64,000 bases of DNA from Octopus vulgaris (Eukaryota). The translations under genes were made by a program, and so were the position numbers. The stretch spans positions 84,940,001 to 85,004,000 of the forward strand of contig OX597819.1 of NCBI GenBank assembly GCA_951406725.2. Reading direction: 5' to 3'. The notes beneath the pieces are model-generated. The model was not told the DNA's origin. It was given only the letters and a program-made list of their open reading frames with translations, and did not search any database. Positions 1 through 12,806 of the stretch are shown one piece after another; the first letter of the stretch is position 1; every line of letters begins with the position of its first letter.

Positions 1-167
1 ACTTGAAGATCCGATTCAAGAAAATACAACACAATCTTATCCTCAGAGACAAGAAATCATCTCGTGCACGTAAAAAAGGAGTGGAAGCCACTGAGGATGT
101 CGGTATTCTGAAAGAAAGTCATGTTTGTTTGATGCGGTACTTTGAAGACATAACTGGTTATTCTGGG
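1..167 (+). CDS. CPSF1: CPSF1 (CPSF160) coding exon, 5' end outside window
   Basis: Frame from nt 3 reads LKIRFKKIQHNLILRDKK...LMRYFEDITGYSG, matching human CPSF1 LKVRFKKVPHNINFREKK...FRYFEDIYGYSG (recalled); GT donor at 168, phase 0. Confidence 0.93.
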
Positions 168-181
168 GTAGGTTAATAAAT

Positions 182-676
182 AACACTGTATATTGAAATT
201 TTTCTTTTTTTTTCCTTTGGTCAGTAAGTGTTATTTCCTATCTGCTTCTATCTAGAAATCAAAGGAAAAGGCAACCATTCCCTTCAAATTTTGCTTTTGT
301 GACCAGAACACCAATGTTTTGCGACTGACCTTTTTTTTCCATTACATTTCAAACAGATTCAATACTGAGTGGCTGAAGCAGAAATATCATTATAGCAAAT
401 ATTCTGCTCAATACCACAGATTTGTTTGTCAGTTGCTTGATCTTTAACCACTTGAGCACGTCCCTTAGTGGCTGACAGTATGTGCATCCCTGATGATGAG
501 CAGGAGTAGTAGGGGTGCATCATATCCATGTGTTGAGAGGGATTGGTTGGGGTTTGAATAAATGTAAGAAAAGCAAAGTTTGATGGAAATATTAGCCAGT
601 TTTCATACTTTCTAGGGGTAAGCAAATAGGAAATAACTGTTACTATCCAAGGACGAAAGTCATGTGACACAGTGTA
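182..676. mobile_element. ~500-bp MITE-like non-autonomous DNA element
   Basis: Termini ACACTGT.../...ACAGTGT next to TA; homologous copies at 49256-50147 and 53301-53797. Confidence 0.7.
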
Positions 677-819
677 GTCCTTATCAGTTATTGTGATTTA
701 TTTTTGATTGAGGAGACAGTTGTGACCATCCCTTCTTTTGACTAGAATATCCAAATCCTTTCTTTTTATTTTTTAAGACAGTAAAGGTATAACTTGAGAG
801 AAATATTAGTTTCAAATTT

Positions 820-1020
820 TGGAAAAAGGCCAGCATTTTCGGGGAGATGCTAAGTCAATTAAATTGACCCCATTGTTCAACTGGTACTTATTTCATTGAT
901 CATGAAAGGATGAAAGGCAAGTCAACCCCAGTGGCATTTGAACCCAGAATCTAAGGATGCACAAAATGCTGCTAAACATTTTGCCCGACATGCTAATGAT
1001 TCTGCCAGCTCGCTGCCTTA
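820..1020 (-). mobile_element. tRNA-derived SINE with GCCTTTCATCCTTT...AAGTACCAG central domain
   Basis: Reverse-complement match to copies at 8041, 10931 and 17572. Confidence 0.65.
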
Positions 1021-1153
1021 CTTGAGAAAAATATTGCTGTTATCTCTAGCAGGTTGTATGACCATGCAGAGATGCCTTCATTGGCTTGTATGCATCTTTA
1101 CTAGTTATTTATCAACATGTGCACTGTCTTAAGCTCTTTAGCTTTATATCCAA

Positions 1154-3630
1154 CTAGCTAAATATTTGCCCCGGTTACTGCTGATCGTATTCAGATTAGT
1201 AAACGATAAATATGTAAATTTTTTTTTTTCTTGTAATTATTTCAAAATATCTATATTTTATTTTAAAATATCCAAATTGTAATGATAATAGAATTTAGAA
1301 ATGAAAATCCGTCAATCTTGAAGCACCTCAGGGTAAACGATATTCATTGTGTAATTTTTTGCCCAAATAAATTGAGCAAGCAACATAATTTTGGCTGTAG
1401 GAGAAGCGTGTAGTACAGAGATGAAGTCCAACTACCTTGAGGGATTAACCCTGAGATTTGTTAATTGAAATACCAAAACTTAGTTTGACTAGAAACGGAA
1501 GCCTGTTAAATTCAAATGGAACATTTGTAGGTATGAGAGGAAAGCATAACTTTTCACTTCATTTTCTTTGTCAGTTGTCACATATGTATATGTATGTGTA
1601 AATGTATGTCTGTGTACCTAACAAACACACACACTCACAAACATATATACATTCATATACAAAATGTGACGTCATAATTGTTGAATTGTTTACTTAGTTG
1701 TCTATAGTAGTTTTAGATAAAGTGGTATATTGTTTTAATCCAGATGAAAATTAAAATTATCACACATACACCACACACATACACTCTCACATACATATAC
1801 TAATACAGACACACAGAGACATACAGTGATGCACACTTCAGGATAACACTCTCTCTCACTGAATATCAACATCATCATCATTGTTTAATGTCTGCTTCTC
1901 ATGCTGGCATGGGTTTGACGGTTTTGACTGAGGACTGGCAAGCCAGGAGTCTGCACTAGGCTCCAATCTGATCTGGCAAGGTTTCTACAGCTAGATATCC
2001 CTCCTAATGCCAACCACTCTGAGAGTGTATTGGGTGCTTTTTATGTGTCCCTAGCACAAGGGCCAGTCAGCTGACACTGGTATCAACCACGCTCGAATGG
2101 TGCTTTTTACATAACCATGCTCGAACGGTGCTTTTTCGTACTACCAGCACGGAAGCCAGTCAGGCAGCACTGGCATCAACCATGCTTGAATGGTGCTTTT
2201 TACATGCTACCAGCACAAGAGCCAGTCAGCCAGTGCTGGCATTGACCACACTTGAACTGTGCTTTTTATGTGCCACCGGCCATGTGCGAATGCTGCTTTT
2301 TACATGCCAATCAGGCAGCACTGGCATCAGCCATAACTATGATTTCTCTTGATTCGACAGGTGTTCTCAAGCACAACATTGCCTGACGATTGAAGGGTAC
2401 TTTTAAATGGGCCGGTTATGTGACACTGGCATCAGCCATGGCTACGATCTCACTTGGCTTGCCAGGTCTTCTCAAGCACAGCATATCTCCAAAGGTCTCG
2501 GTTGCTTGTCATTGCCTCTGTGAGGCCCAAGGTTCAAAGGTCTTGCTTCACCACCTCATCCCATGTCTTCCACTGTTGGGGTGTAACACTTCTTCACACA
2601 GCCATCCTCATCCATATGCAACACATGACCATACCAGTGCAGTCATCTCTCTTGCACATCACATCTGATGCTTATGTCCAACTTTTCTCTCAGGGCACTT
2701 ACACTCTGTCCTGTATGCACACTGACATTACACATCCAGCAGAGCATACTAGCTTCATTTCTTTCAAGCCTATGCATGTCCTTAGCAGTCACAACCCATG
2801 TTTTACTGCCATGTAGTATGGTTTTTTGCACACATGCATTATACAGTCTACCTTTCATTTGAGCGAGAAGCCCTTTGTTACCAGCAGAGACAGGAGCTCT
2901 CTGAACTTTGCCCAGGCTATTCTTATTCTAGCAGCTATGCTCTCAGAGCATCCAACCCCGTTACTGACTTGGTCACCTAGGTAACAGAAGCTATCAACTA
3001 TTTCTAGTTTTTTCCCCTGGCATGTGATGGAATGTTTTCTGTACATCTAACACTTTAATTGTATCTCTCTCTGTATAACAGCCTATCTCTCTCCCTCTGT
3101 CTCTCTCACTCATTAGATGTGTGTGTTTCAGTCATCACAAAAATGTATGTATACTCACACATACATACTGTCACATACACTCACACACACATACTTGTTA
3201 GTCATCACACATGTATATGTATGTGGGGATGTTTGTGTTTAGTTCTCTAAGGCCTAACATAGGTAACAGACACGCAAACACGCACACACTCCAGACACAT
3301 ACACTCATCTACACATATGTATATGTATGTGTAGATGTGTGTGTGTGTTTAATTCTCTGAGGTCTAACGTACATAACAAATACGCAAACACACATACTCA
3401 CAGACACATACTCATATACAAAACTGGAACGTAGTGGTGGTGGTATAAAATGTCCTTTATCATAGTTGACTATAGAAAGATTAATTTTAGATAAAATTTT
3501 ATATTGTTTTAATCCAAATGCGGTGTGTAATACTATGAGCCTGTAAGATTTAACTTGATTTGGTTGAACCCTTTGAGAATGCATAGGAAATAGATAGACA
3601 AACAGACAAAGAATTTTATATATAAAGAGA
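1154..3630 (-). mobile_element. Possible old non-autonomous Helitron-like element interrupted by an RTE copy
   Basis: ACTAG at 1153-57; A|TCTCTTTATATATAAAA-type 5' end near 3630; internal repeat 1650-1745 similar to 3410-3520. Confidence 0.35.
1868..3048 (-). mobile_element. 5'-truncated, decayed RTE LINE
   Basis: ORFs 2855..3046 and 2643..2858 match the C-terminus of the RTE ORF at 60217; (GAT)n tail at about 1870. Confidence 0.88.
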
Positions 3631-4183
3631 TAAGGTTTCGTTTATAAGCTTATTTTGTAAACATTGAATTGATTGTTATAATTCAGACTCATAGTTCAAA
3701 TGAAATATTTTATTGATTTATCTATAATAATAAACATCTGTCTGGGACCTCTGTATCTCAGTCTACATTTGCTTTGCATAGACATACCTTTTTGGAATCA
3801 GGATGATTCCAGGATTGAACTTTTGCCCTTCATATGGTTCTTGAGCATCTGACATTGCAATAAGGTTTGGATGAGGATTTGTTATATGCTAACAGTTGAA
3901 AATTGAAATTTAAAAGAACTCCAAAAATTTGTGAACTTTAAGTTTTTCATTTAAACTGAATTTAAAGTAATACCATATTGATAGGGTACCAATAAATGCT
4001 TTATTCTTTTTGCTCTTTTTAGTTTTGGGCAGCAGGTCCAATTAGCCCTCTGCAGGAGCTAGCTTAAAAGTCCACACAATGTGCTTCTTTTAAGCTAGTA
4101 TTTTAATAAGCATTACATTTTGAGTTGAAGTTTTAGGTAAAAAAATTTAAAGATAAATAGCATTTCTGTTGAAATATACTGCA

Positions 4184-4559
4184 CTAGCACTATGACCCAG
4201 CGTTGCCAGGCCATAGTGCTAGTGCATTCATATACAGTTGCGTGTGTGTGCACATACACGCAAGTACTGTCCAAATCTCTGATCAGTCACATACAGCTAG
4301 CTGGTATTCAATTGGTGTATCAAGTTTCGGGCATTTTGATTGGGCTTTGGATAGAAAATTCACAAAAAAGTCACTTCTATTGACTTTTTAATGGCTTTGC
4401 GGGGTGACTGGGGAAATGTAAAGATGTGCACAACCACCCTTGGATGGTTTTGAATGACCATAGAAAGTGCGAGCCCTCTAACTGGAAAATTGTGGATTTG
4501 TATAAAGGACACACAGACAGACAGACAGACATTTTGCCGTTTATATATATATAGAGAGA
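4184..4559 (-). mobile_element. Non-autonomous Helitron
   Basis: 5' A|TC at 4560/4559, (CTGT)n near the 5' end, 3' GC hairpin + CTAG|T at 4184; inserted between A and T with no TSD. Confidence 0.8.
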
Positions 4560-5656
4560 TTTGTTTCAATTAATTTTGAAAATAATGAAAAATGTAGTAA
4601 AATGCTCTACACCTTTATTAACCCTGTCGTTACTGTATTTCTGTTGAGATGCTCTGTTTCTTTCAATTAATTTTAAATATAACAAAGAATTTAGTAAAAT
4701 AACTTAGTTATCATTAAGCTAGTGTTAGGAACATAAAATGTGACTAAGGTTTGGTAGAAGATTTTTTATTCAAAACTTATGGAAACAAAACATTTGTACT
4801 ACAGAGCTAGTACATGTACTTGTACTTGTGGCGACATTCACCCTGGGAGGGTTGAGTCAGCTTCTTCTAGCACCCTCGAGGCATCTCGAACCAAGGCAGC
4901 CCACGCATGACGTATTTTTGTCCATCTTTATATTTTGAGTTCAAATTCTGCTGAGGTCGACTTTGCTTCTCATCCTTTTGGGATTGATAAATTAAATACT
5001 GGCCAAGTGCTGAGGTTGCTGTGATTGACTTACCTGCTCTCTGCAAATTTCAGGGCCTTGTGCCTATAGTAGAAAGGATTATTTGCAATGCTTTGAATTA
5101 ATCATGCATTACTTTGTAGCTTCAAGATTTTAAAGATGTGATTGTTTATTTTTACAATGACATTGTAGGGTAGGTATGAGAGGCTAAATGTGGTCAGTTT
5201 GAACATAAAACAGGTGGAATATTTTGGCCAGAGATGGTCAGTTTAAATGCTAAAGGGTTAAAGTGTGAAGTTTGTATCATAGAACTATAGGTGGTCTTAG
5301 TGATATTAAAAGAGTGGTATTAAAAGAGTTAGCTCATGAAAAAACTGTAATGGTATGCTTAGTTATGTTGCAGAGAAAATATCCAACAGGACACACTCGA
5401 GAGATGTATTAAGACAAAACTAATTTTTCCATTTTTTTTTCTTTGAAAATTAAAAAAATAAAAATTTTAAAAAACTTTGTGACAAAATTCTGATCAGTAT
5501 TTTTTAGCTCTTTCCCATGAGGAAGTAACTGTTTTGGAATATTTTTTAAATACTTTGCCCATTTCTTTTTTATATTTTCATTTATTCAAAACACTAATTT
5601 TTACTTTTCTTGATTTCCTTGACAAATTACTAGGTGTCTTTATAAAAAAAAATAGT

Positions 5657-5789
5657 TTAGTTGTGTGGTAAGAAGCTTCCCAACCACATGGTTCTAAGTT
5701 CAGACCCACTATGTGGCACCTTGGGCAAGTGTCTTCTACTATAGCCTTGGGCCAACCAAAGCCTTGTGAGTGGATTTGGAAGTCTGTCG

Positions 5790-5820
<31 letters not shown>

Positions 5821-6035
5821 CTTTGTGTTTGTTTCCCCATCACTACTTCACAATTGGTGTTGGTGTGTTTATGTCCCTGTAAATTAGTGGTTCAGCAAAA
5901 GAGACTGATAGAATAAACACTAGGTTTAAAAAGATAAATCCTGGGGTTGATTTGTTGGGCTGAAAAACTCTTCAAGGCAGTGCTCCAGCATGGCCACAAT
6001 CAAATGACTGGACCAAGTTAAAGAATAAAAGAATA
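5657..6035 (+). mobile_element. tRNA-derived SINE with CORE-like CCTTGGGCAAGTG domain, internal (TG)n and AAAGAAT tail
   Basis: Head TGTGTGGTAAGAAGC...GTTCAG; most abundant family in the window (also about 9771, 10484, 10670-, 12642, 18475-, 23775-, 24180, 31240-, 32718, 42478-, 50298, 56465-). Confidence 0.75.
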
Positions 6036-7878
6036 TGCTTTTGATATTTATATACAATTGGGCATCATAGATGCGAAAAGCACTTTTAATGATATATTTC
6101 TAGAATTCCGTCTATAAAAATTCTTTTATAATTTTGCCACAAGGCCAGCAATTTTGAGGAGGAAGGGAAGACAATTACACTGACCCCACTGCTCAGCTCA
6201 TTCTTATTTTATCAACCCTGAAAGAATGAAAGGCAAAGTCAGCTTTGATGATGTTTGTTCTACTGTAACCAATCAGGAAAAAAAAAAAAAAACTCATCAA
6301 AAACTATTTAGTAATATAAATCCAATCTTTTTGCAAACAGTATAGGTCGCTGCAGTTCAGCCCAGATGGAGCAACCTAAGTTAGTGAATTTTTAAATCTT
6401 ACAACTATGCCTGCACCCATGATTGAAGGCATTTTACTCATGGCCATTTCACCTATTTTCAGATGGTATTTAGTGCCACATTATGCAATGTATCCTTCCT
6501 TTTGTAATATGCTAGAGTGGGATTCAGAGAGAGATTTGGCTGCTATTTTGTAGTTGGTTGATAAGCCTGTAGTAGCTGTCTTATTGCCTCAGCATAAGCA
6601 GTTAAGTGGACTGCTTTTTAACTCTGATTTCAGCTGTATTAGATGGACGAAGGACATCAGTTTCTAGATTCAGTGCTAGTTTATTACAAATAGTTCTTTG
6701 TGTTAGCCTATCATCAGTTCTTGTTCCATTTAGAAATTAGAAATATACAGCTTGATAAGAGATTAAAGGAAATACATGCTGTCAACAAAATAGCAATACT
6801 TTAATATTCAAAATGATAGTTTTATGCATTATTACATGGTGATTTTTGCCTCCACAGATACAAAGTAGAAAATGAGTTATCTATAAATTTTTAAATTACA
6901 CCATTCCTAGATATACACCCATTATAGTTTAAGAGACTTAGCTAGTATACACATTTTTTCTTTTACATGAGTATCATACACTTGTTTCATGTACCATCAT
7001 CATCATCATCATCATCATCGTTTAACGTCCGTTTTCCATGCTAGCATGGGTTGGACGGTTCGACCGGGGTCTGGGAAGCCTGGAGGCTGCACCAGGCTCC
7101 AGTCTGATAGAATAACCTTTTGTCTGGAAAAAGAGAATATTCTTGCTTTTTGTTTACAGTCATTTAGGTTTTTACCAGCTTTTGCAGACTTTGTGATAGC
7201 TTGACTTAGTAGAAATAGCAGACAAATACCTCAAATCACATACTTCTGTTTTTAAAAATTAGAGAACATGTTAGGTAGTATAGTCCATCATCATCATCAT
7301 CATTTAACATCCACTTTACCTGCTGGCATGGGATGGATGGTTTGACATGGAGCAGTCCAGACTCCAAATTGTCTGTTGTGACATGGTTTCTATGGCTGCA
7401 TGCCCTTCCTGTTACCAACCACTTTACAGTGTGCTGGCTGCTTTTTGCATGCCACCGGCATGGGTACATTTACACAGCACCAGTGTTGGTGCTTTATATG
7501 TGACATTGGCACCTGAAAAGATAATATGTCTGTTCAGACAAGGCTGACTTTGGAAAAAATAGACGTCAACAGCAACATTAGCTGCAATGGCTATCACCCA
7601 TTATTCTTATCAGTAGAATCACTTAAACTTTACAATAAATGAAACATAACTCCTTGTTAATAACTCCATTTGATTAATCGGAAATCCAATATTTTTGAGA
7701 TATTTATATGGGTTATGTTTGACTGAATTGTCCCTATGATATTTGCCTTTCATCCTATTTTAAAAAAGATGAAAAATGAAGACGACATTGGAAAGAATTG
7801 TTCTCAAATTGTAGTGGCATAAAACTGAAATATTTGTAAAGTATTTTTACTAGTACCCTATTATTTTTGCCATATATC

Positions 7879-8290
7879 CTAGGTGCAGGTATGGCTGTGT
7901 GGTAAGAAGTTTGCTTCCCAACCACAAGTTTCTAGGTACAGTCCCACTGCAAGAAACCATGGGCAAGTGTCTTCTACTATATATAGTCTTAGGCTAGCTA
8001 AAACCTTGCGAGTGAATTTGGTAGACGGAAACTGAAAGAAGGCGGTGAGATGGCAGAAACGTTAGCTCGCCGGGCGAAATGCTTAGCGGTATTTCGTCTG
8101 CCGTTGTGTTATGAGTTCAAGTTTCACCGAGGTTGACTTTGCCTTTTATCCTTTTGAGGTCGATAAATTCAGTACCAGTTACACACTGGGGTTAATGTAA
8201 TCGACTTAATACCTTTGTCCTTGTTTGTCCCCTCTATTTATTTAGCCCCTTGTGGGTAATAAAAAAATAAGAAACTGAAAGAAGCCCTTG
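7879..8290 (+). mobile_element. CORE-like SINE hosting a nested SINE
   Basis: Host body is interrupted at 8040 and resumes at 8271. Confidence 0.75.
8041..8270 (+). mobile_element. Full-length tRNA-derived SINE with 13-14 bp TSD
   Basis: TSD GAAACTGAAAGAA(G) at 8028-8040 and 8271-8283; B-box-like GAGTTCAAGT; A-rich tail. Confidence 0.85.
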
Positions 8291-8296
8291 TATATG

Positions 8297-8335
<39 letters not shown>

Positions 8336-8445
8336 ATGTATATATATATATGTGTGTGTGTATGTATATATATATGTGTGTGTATGTATATATATATGTG
8401 TGTGTGTGTGTATGTATATATATACGTATGTATATTTATATATAT

Positions 8446-8740
8446 ATCAAAATAAGCAATAGGATTTCAAGTAGTAATGCAGTACAACTGTTTCAAGCAG
8501 CTCAGTTTAATTGAACAATGCAATCATTACATCAATTTAAATACAGCGCTTTCAGCTACACAAAAAAATGATTGCATTGTTCAATTAAATGGATCCACTT
8601 GAAACGATCGTACTGCATTACTACTTGAAATCCTTTTGCTTATTTTGATTTTATTTACCTTACTTCGAGCTGTGTGGATAATACCAGACTGACTTGGTGC
8701 TTCAACTTAAGTACCTAATTGAACTGAATCTTAATTACTT
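8446..8740. repeat. Foldback element (inverted Penelope-like pLTR remnant)
   Basis: Arms about 8446-8528 and 8567-8649 are complementary; GAAAC-GATC-GTA-CTGCAT motif; homologous to 38350-42151. Confidence 0.75.
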
Positions 8741-9338
8741 ATGTGTGTGTGTGTTACTGTTTCATTGACATCACGTGATAGTTGTAGATGATTGTCACTG
8801 TCATGGAAACGGTGCCCTTTGTTCTCCATCTTCTATGAAAAGCATGTCTGATCATGGAAATATATTTGCCTCAAAAACTGGTAAGGTGAATGTTGGTAAC
8901 AAGAAAGGTATCTTGCTATAAAAAATCTGCCTCTACAAAATTTTGTCTGGCCCATGTGAGCATGAAGAAATGGACATTAAAATAATGATGTTGATGATAT
9001 CTCCTACTTTGTGTGAGAAAGAAGTTTTTACATATTTAATTTTTCTCTTATTTAAGTTATGCATATAATGTTTACATCTGAAGAAAGTGAATAGTCTTGG
9101 AAATTCTCAGTTGTGGCGCTTGTGCAGACTTAGGACAATGACTAGTGTACTCTGGACTACATTATCCAATATGTCCTTTTTTTAAATAAGATAGTAGGGT
9201 GTAGTTTGGTAGAGATTTGTCTGCTATTTCTAGCAAGTTCAATGTCTTGCATTGAAAAACTCAGTAACAGTTTATTTCCTTATCAATTACATGTTATCAA
9301 AAAGTTTTAATTACAAAATATATTGATTTTATTTGTAG

Positions 9339-9491
9339 GTTTTTATATGTGGAGCATATCCCCACTGGATTATCATGACTGCTCGAGGTTCCCTTCGAAT
9401 ACACCCTATGAACATTGATGGCCCGATTACCTGTTTCGCTCCTTTCCATAATATCAACTGCCCAAAAGGTTTCTTATATTTCAACAAAGCT
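9339..9491 (+). CDS. CPSF1: CPSF1 coding exon
   Basis: AG at 9337-38; [51 protein letters not shown]; GTAAGT donor at 9492. Confidence 0.97.
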
Positions 9492-10930
9492 GTAAGTTCA
9501 TTTCTTTCTCTTATTTACTTACATCCAGATTGTGTTTGAAATCTGCTTAGTACCATTAAGCAGATTTAGTTGATATTGGAATAGTACCAATATCATTATA
9601 TTAAAATGTCAGAGAACAAATAGGTGCAACATGTCATACTTGAACACTATAATTAAAGTGTGGAACTTTTAAGTGTAAGTCTGGGTATTTTAAAAATGTA
9701 TTAATTATGTGTATTAATTATATGTATTAATATGTATGTATATCATGATTTGTTTAATGCGTTCTCAGCACTGGCATGGCCGTGTGGTTAAGAAACTTGC
9801 TTTGCAGCCATGTGGTTTCAGGTTCAGTCCCACTGTGTGGTCAGCACTTTGCGCCAGTGTCTTTTAGTATAGCCCTAGACTGACCAGTTTCTTGTGAGAG
9901 AATTTGGTAGACAGAAACTGAAAGACTAGCATGTGCATAAATATCTGTGTATATGTGTGTGTATGAATGACTTTGTGCTTTTCTCCATCAGTTCTTGATA
10001 ATCAGTATTGGCTTGTTTACATTCTCGTGACTTAGTGGTTTGGCAGAAGTGAATGATAGAACAAGTACCAGACTTAAAAGTAAGTATGGGGGTCAATTTA
10101 TTGAACTAGATTCTTCAAAGCTGTGCTCCAGCATAGTTGCAGTCCATTGACCAAAACAAGTAAATTTGGTCATGCTTTGAAAGTTGGTCATGCTTTGAAA
10201 AGACCATGTTTACAACTGGTTACTTTTTCGAATCACGAAAATCAAACCAGTCATCCGTCTGGTGTTGGAAGGGTTTGTGAAAAAAATATTGCTCAAGCTA
10301 ATGAGAATCTGTTCAGATTAAATACTAGATTTAGTGAAGTGGCTAAGTTGTCTGAGAACAAGAATCAATGCCAAAAGTGGATTAACTGTTGTTGAGTGCT
10401 TAACATTTCTTATGAGAGAGGTTATTGAGGAGAATCAAGGATCAGCATAGAGAATCTGTGTGAAAATAATGGTATAAGTGTTAGCATGGCTGTGTGGTAA
10501 GAAGGATAATTTATAACTATGTAGTTTTGAGTTCAGTTCCACTGCATAACACCTTGAGCTAGTGTCTTCTACTATATCTCTGGACCATCTAATGCCTTGT
10601 AAGTGAATTTGGTAGACACAAACTGTACAGAAGTTTTGTTTGTGTGTCTATACAAACACACACACATATGATGGTCTTCTTGCTGTTCCATCTACTAAAT
10701 CCACTGACATGGCTTTGATCGGCCCTGTGTTAAAGCAGCAGATATTTGCCTAAAGTGCTATGCGGTTAGACTGAACTCAAAGCAACGTAGTTGGAAAGCA
10801 AACTTCTTAACCATGCAGCCTGCGTCTAAGAGAATTAAAAAATAAGAATATAGTGATGTTGTTAATCAGATAACATGTTCAGCATGATATTCGGTGGACA
10901 TAGATATTGGTTAATATTATTGTTCAATAA

Positions 10931-11142
10931 AGCTGTGAGCTGGCAGAATAGTTAGTACACTGGGCAAAATGCATAGCGGCATTTCATCTGTCTTTATATT
11001 CTGAGTTCAAATTCTGCCAGGGTTGACTTGGTCTTTCATCGTTTCTGGGTCAGTAAAATAAGTAGCAGCTGAGCACTGGGGTCAATGTAATCAACTTACC
11101 CCCTCCCCCATAATTGCTGACCTTGTGCCTGAATTTGAAACC
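10931..11142 (+). mobile_element. tRNA-derived SINE (same family as 8041)
   Basis: GAGCTGGCAGAAT...GAGTTCAAATTCTGCC...GAGCACTGGGGTCAATGTAATC. Confidence 0.75.
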
Positions 11143-11227
11143 AGTATTACTGTTCAATAGTTTTTCTGAAATAATGCATATTTGTTGTTTTAGTTAAATA
11201 ATCATTTTTTTTCTTTCTTTGATTTAG

Positions 11228-11344
11228 GGTGAGCTACGGATATGTGTTTTGCCTACCCATCTTACTTATGATTCACCATGGCCCGTGAGAAAAGTGCCTT
11301 TAAGATCTACCCCCTATTTTGTTGTTTATCATCCTGAAAGTAAG
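11228..11344 (+). CDS. CPSF1: CPSF1 coding exon
   Basis: Polypyrimidine tract + AG; [39 protein letters not shown]; GTAAGT donor. Confidence 0.97.
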
Positions 11345-11549
11345 GTAAGTTCAGCTTTGTATATGTGAAGTCAACCATTGAGTTTGAACCAACTTTTGTC
11401 ATGCTGTAGTGGCAATACTGTGAAGGCAGTTTTCTTAGCGAAGATACATGAGAGTAGTCTTCTGCTGTCTTTTTAGGGACTTGTGAAACCTTACACAGAT
11501 TCTCAGAGACCTAGTGTTTTTTACTGACATTTCATATACTTGGCATAAG

Positions 11550-12205
11550 AGGCATCAGATGTGATGTGCAAGAGTGACAACTGCGCTGGTATGGTCATGT
11601 GATGCATATGGACGAGGGCAGCTGTGTAGAGAAGTGCCAACCTTTAACTGTAGAAGGAACCTGTGGTACAGGTAAACCCAAGAAGACATGGGATGAGGTG
11701 GTGATGCATGAACTTTGGGCTTCACGGAGGCAATGACTAGTGACTGAGACCTTTGGCGATATGCTGTGCTTGAGAAGATCTGTCAAGCGAAGTGAAATCG
11801 TAGTTGTGGCTGATGCTGGTGTCATGTAACTGGTACCTGTGCTGGTGGGACATAAAAAGCACCTTTTGAGCATTGGGCCTCACGGAAGCGAAGTAGCTGA
11901 TGCCAGTGGCACATGAAAAGCACCTTTTGAGTGTTAGACCTCATAGAGGCAATGACAAATGACTGAAACCTTTGGCATTATGATCAAGCCAAGTAAAATT
12001 GCAGTTGTGGCAGATACGCTGGTTGCATGTAAAAAGCACCCATTACACTCTCAGAGTGGTTGGTGTTAGGAAGGACATCCAGCTGTAGAAACCATGCCAA
12101 ATCAGACTGGAATCTGGTATAGCCTTCCAGCTTGCCAGCCCTGGTCAAACCATCCAATCTATGCCAGCATGGATGATGGTCATTAAATGATGATGATGAT
12201 GATGT
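11550..12205 (+). mobile_element. RTE LINE 3' fragment
   Basis: Encodes decayed ...EGTCGTGKPKKTWDEVV...; RTE 3' UTR and (GAT)n tail. Confidence 0.85.
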
Positions 12206-12806
12206 GACATCCATAGAAGTAACTGTCTGGTTAGCTCCCAAAACTTGAAGATATATCTGTGTGTTTTTTATGTCTTGATATTGTGTAATAGTTTTAAATG
12301 AGCATTACTCATACAAGTGATGTTGTTCATTTCCTGTCTTACCTGAAAAATATGTGTGGCATTGGGGAAATATTACCTTGCTTGGAATAAGGGTTGACAA
12401 CATAAGGGCATCTCACCATAAAAATAGATCACCCTCAATGAATATATGTATATATTCATTTGCTTGTTTTATGTCTAATGACTTATTCAAAGCCATTATG
12501 GGTGAAGCCTGAGGTCCCAGTCAAACTAATATTATCAATAAATTTCACTCTAATTTATGTTGAGTCCCAGCTTCAGTAAATGTTTTTGTTGTTTTTCCAT
12601 AAATTGATTAGCAATACCAAATAATGCATTTATATATATCAGGCATGGCTGTGTGGTTAAGAAGTTAGCTTCTCAGCCACACAGTTTTGGGTTCAGTCCC
12701 ATTGCATGGCGTCTTGAGCAAGTGTCTTCTACTATAAGCTAAGGCCAACCAAATCCTTGCAATCCAAAGTATCTCTATGTGTTTATTTTCCCAGCCCATG
12801 GGTATT

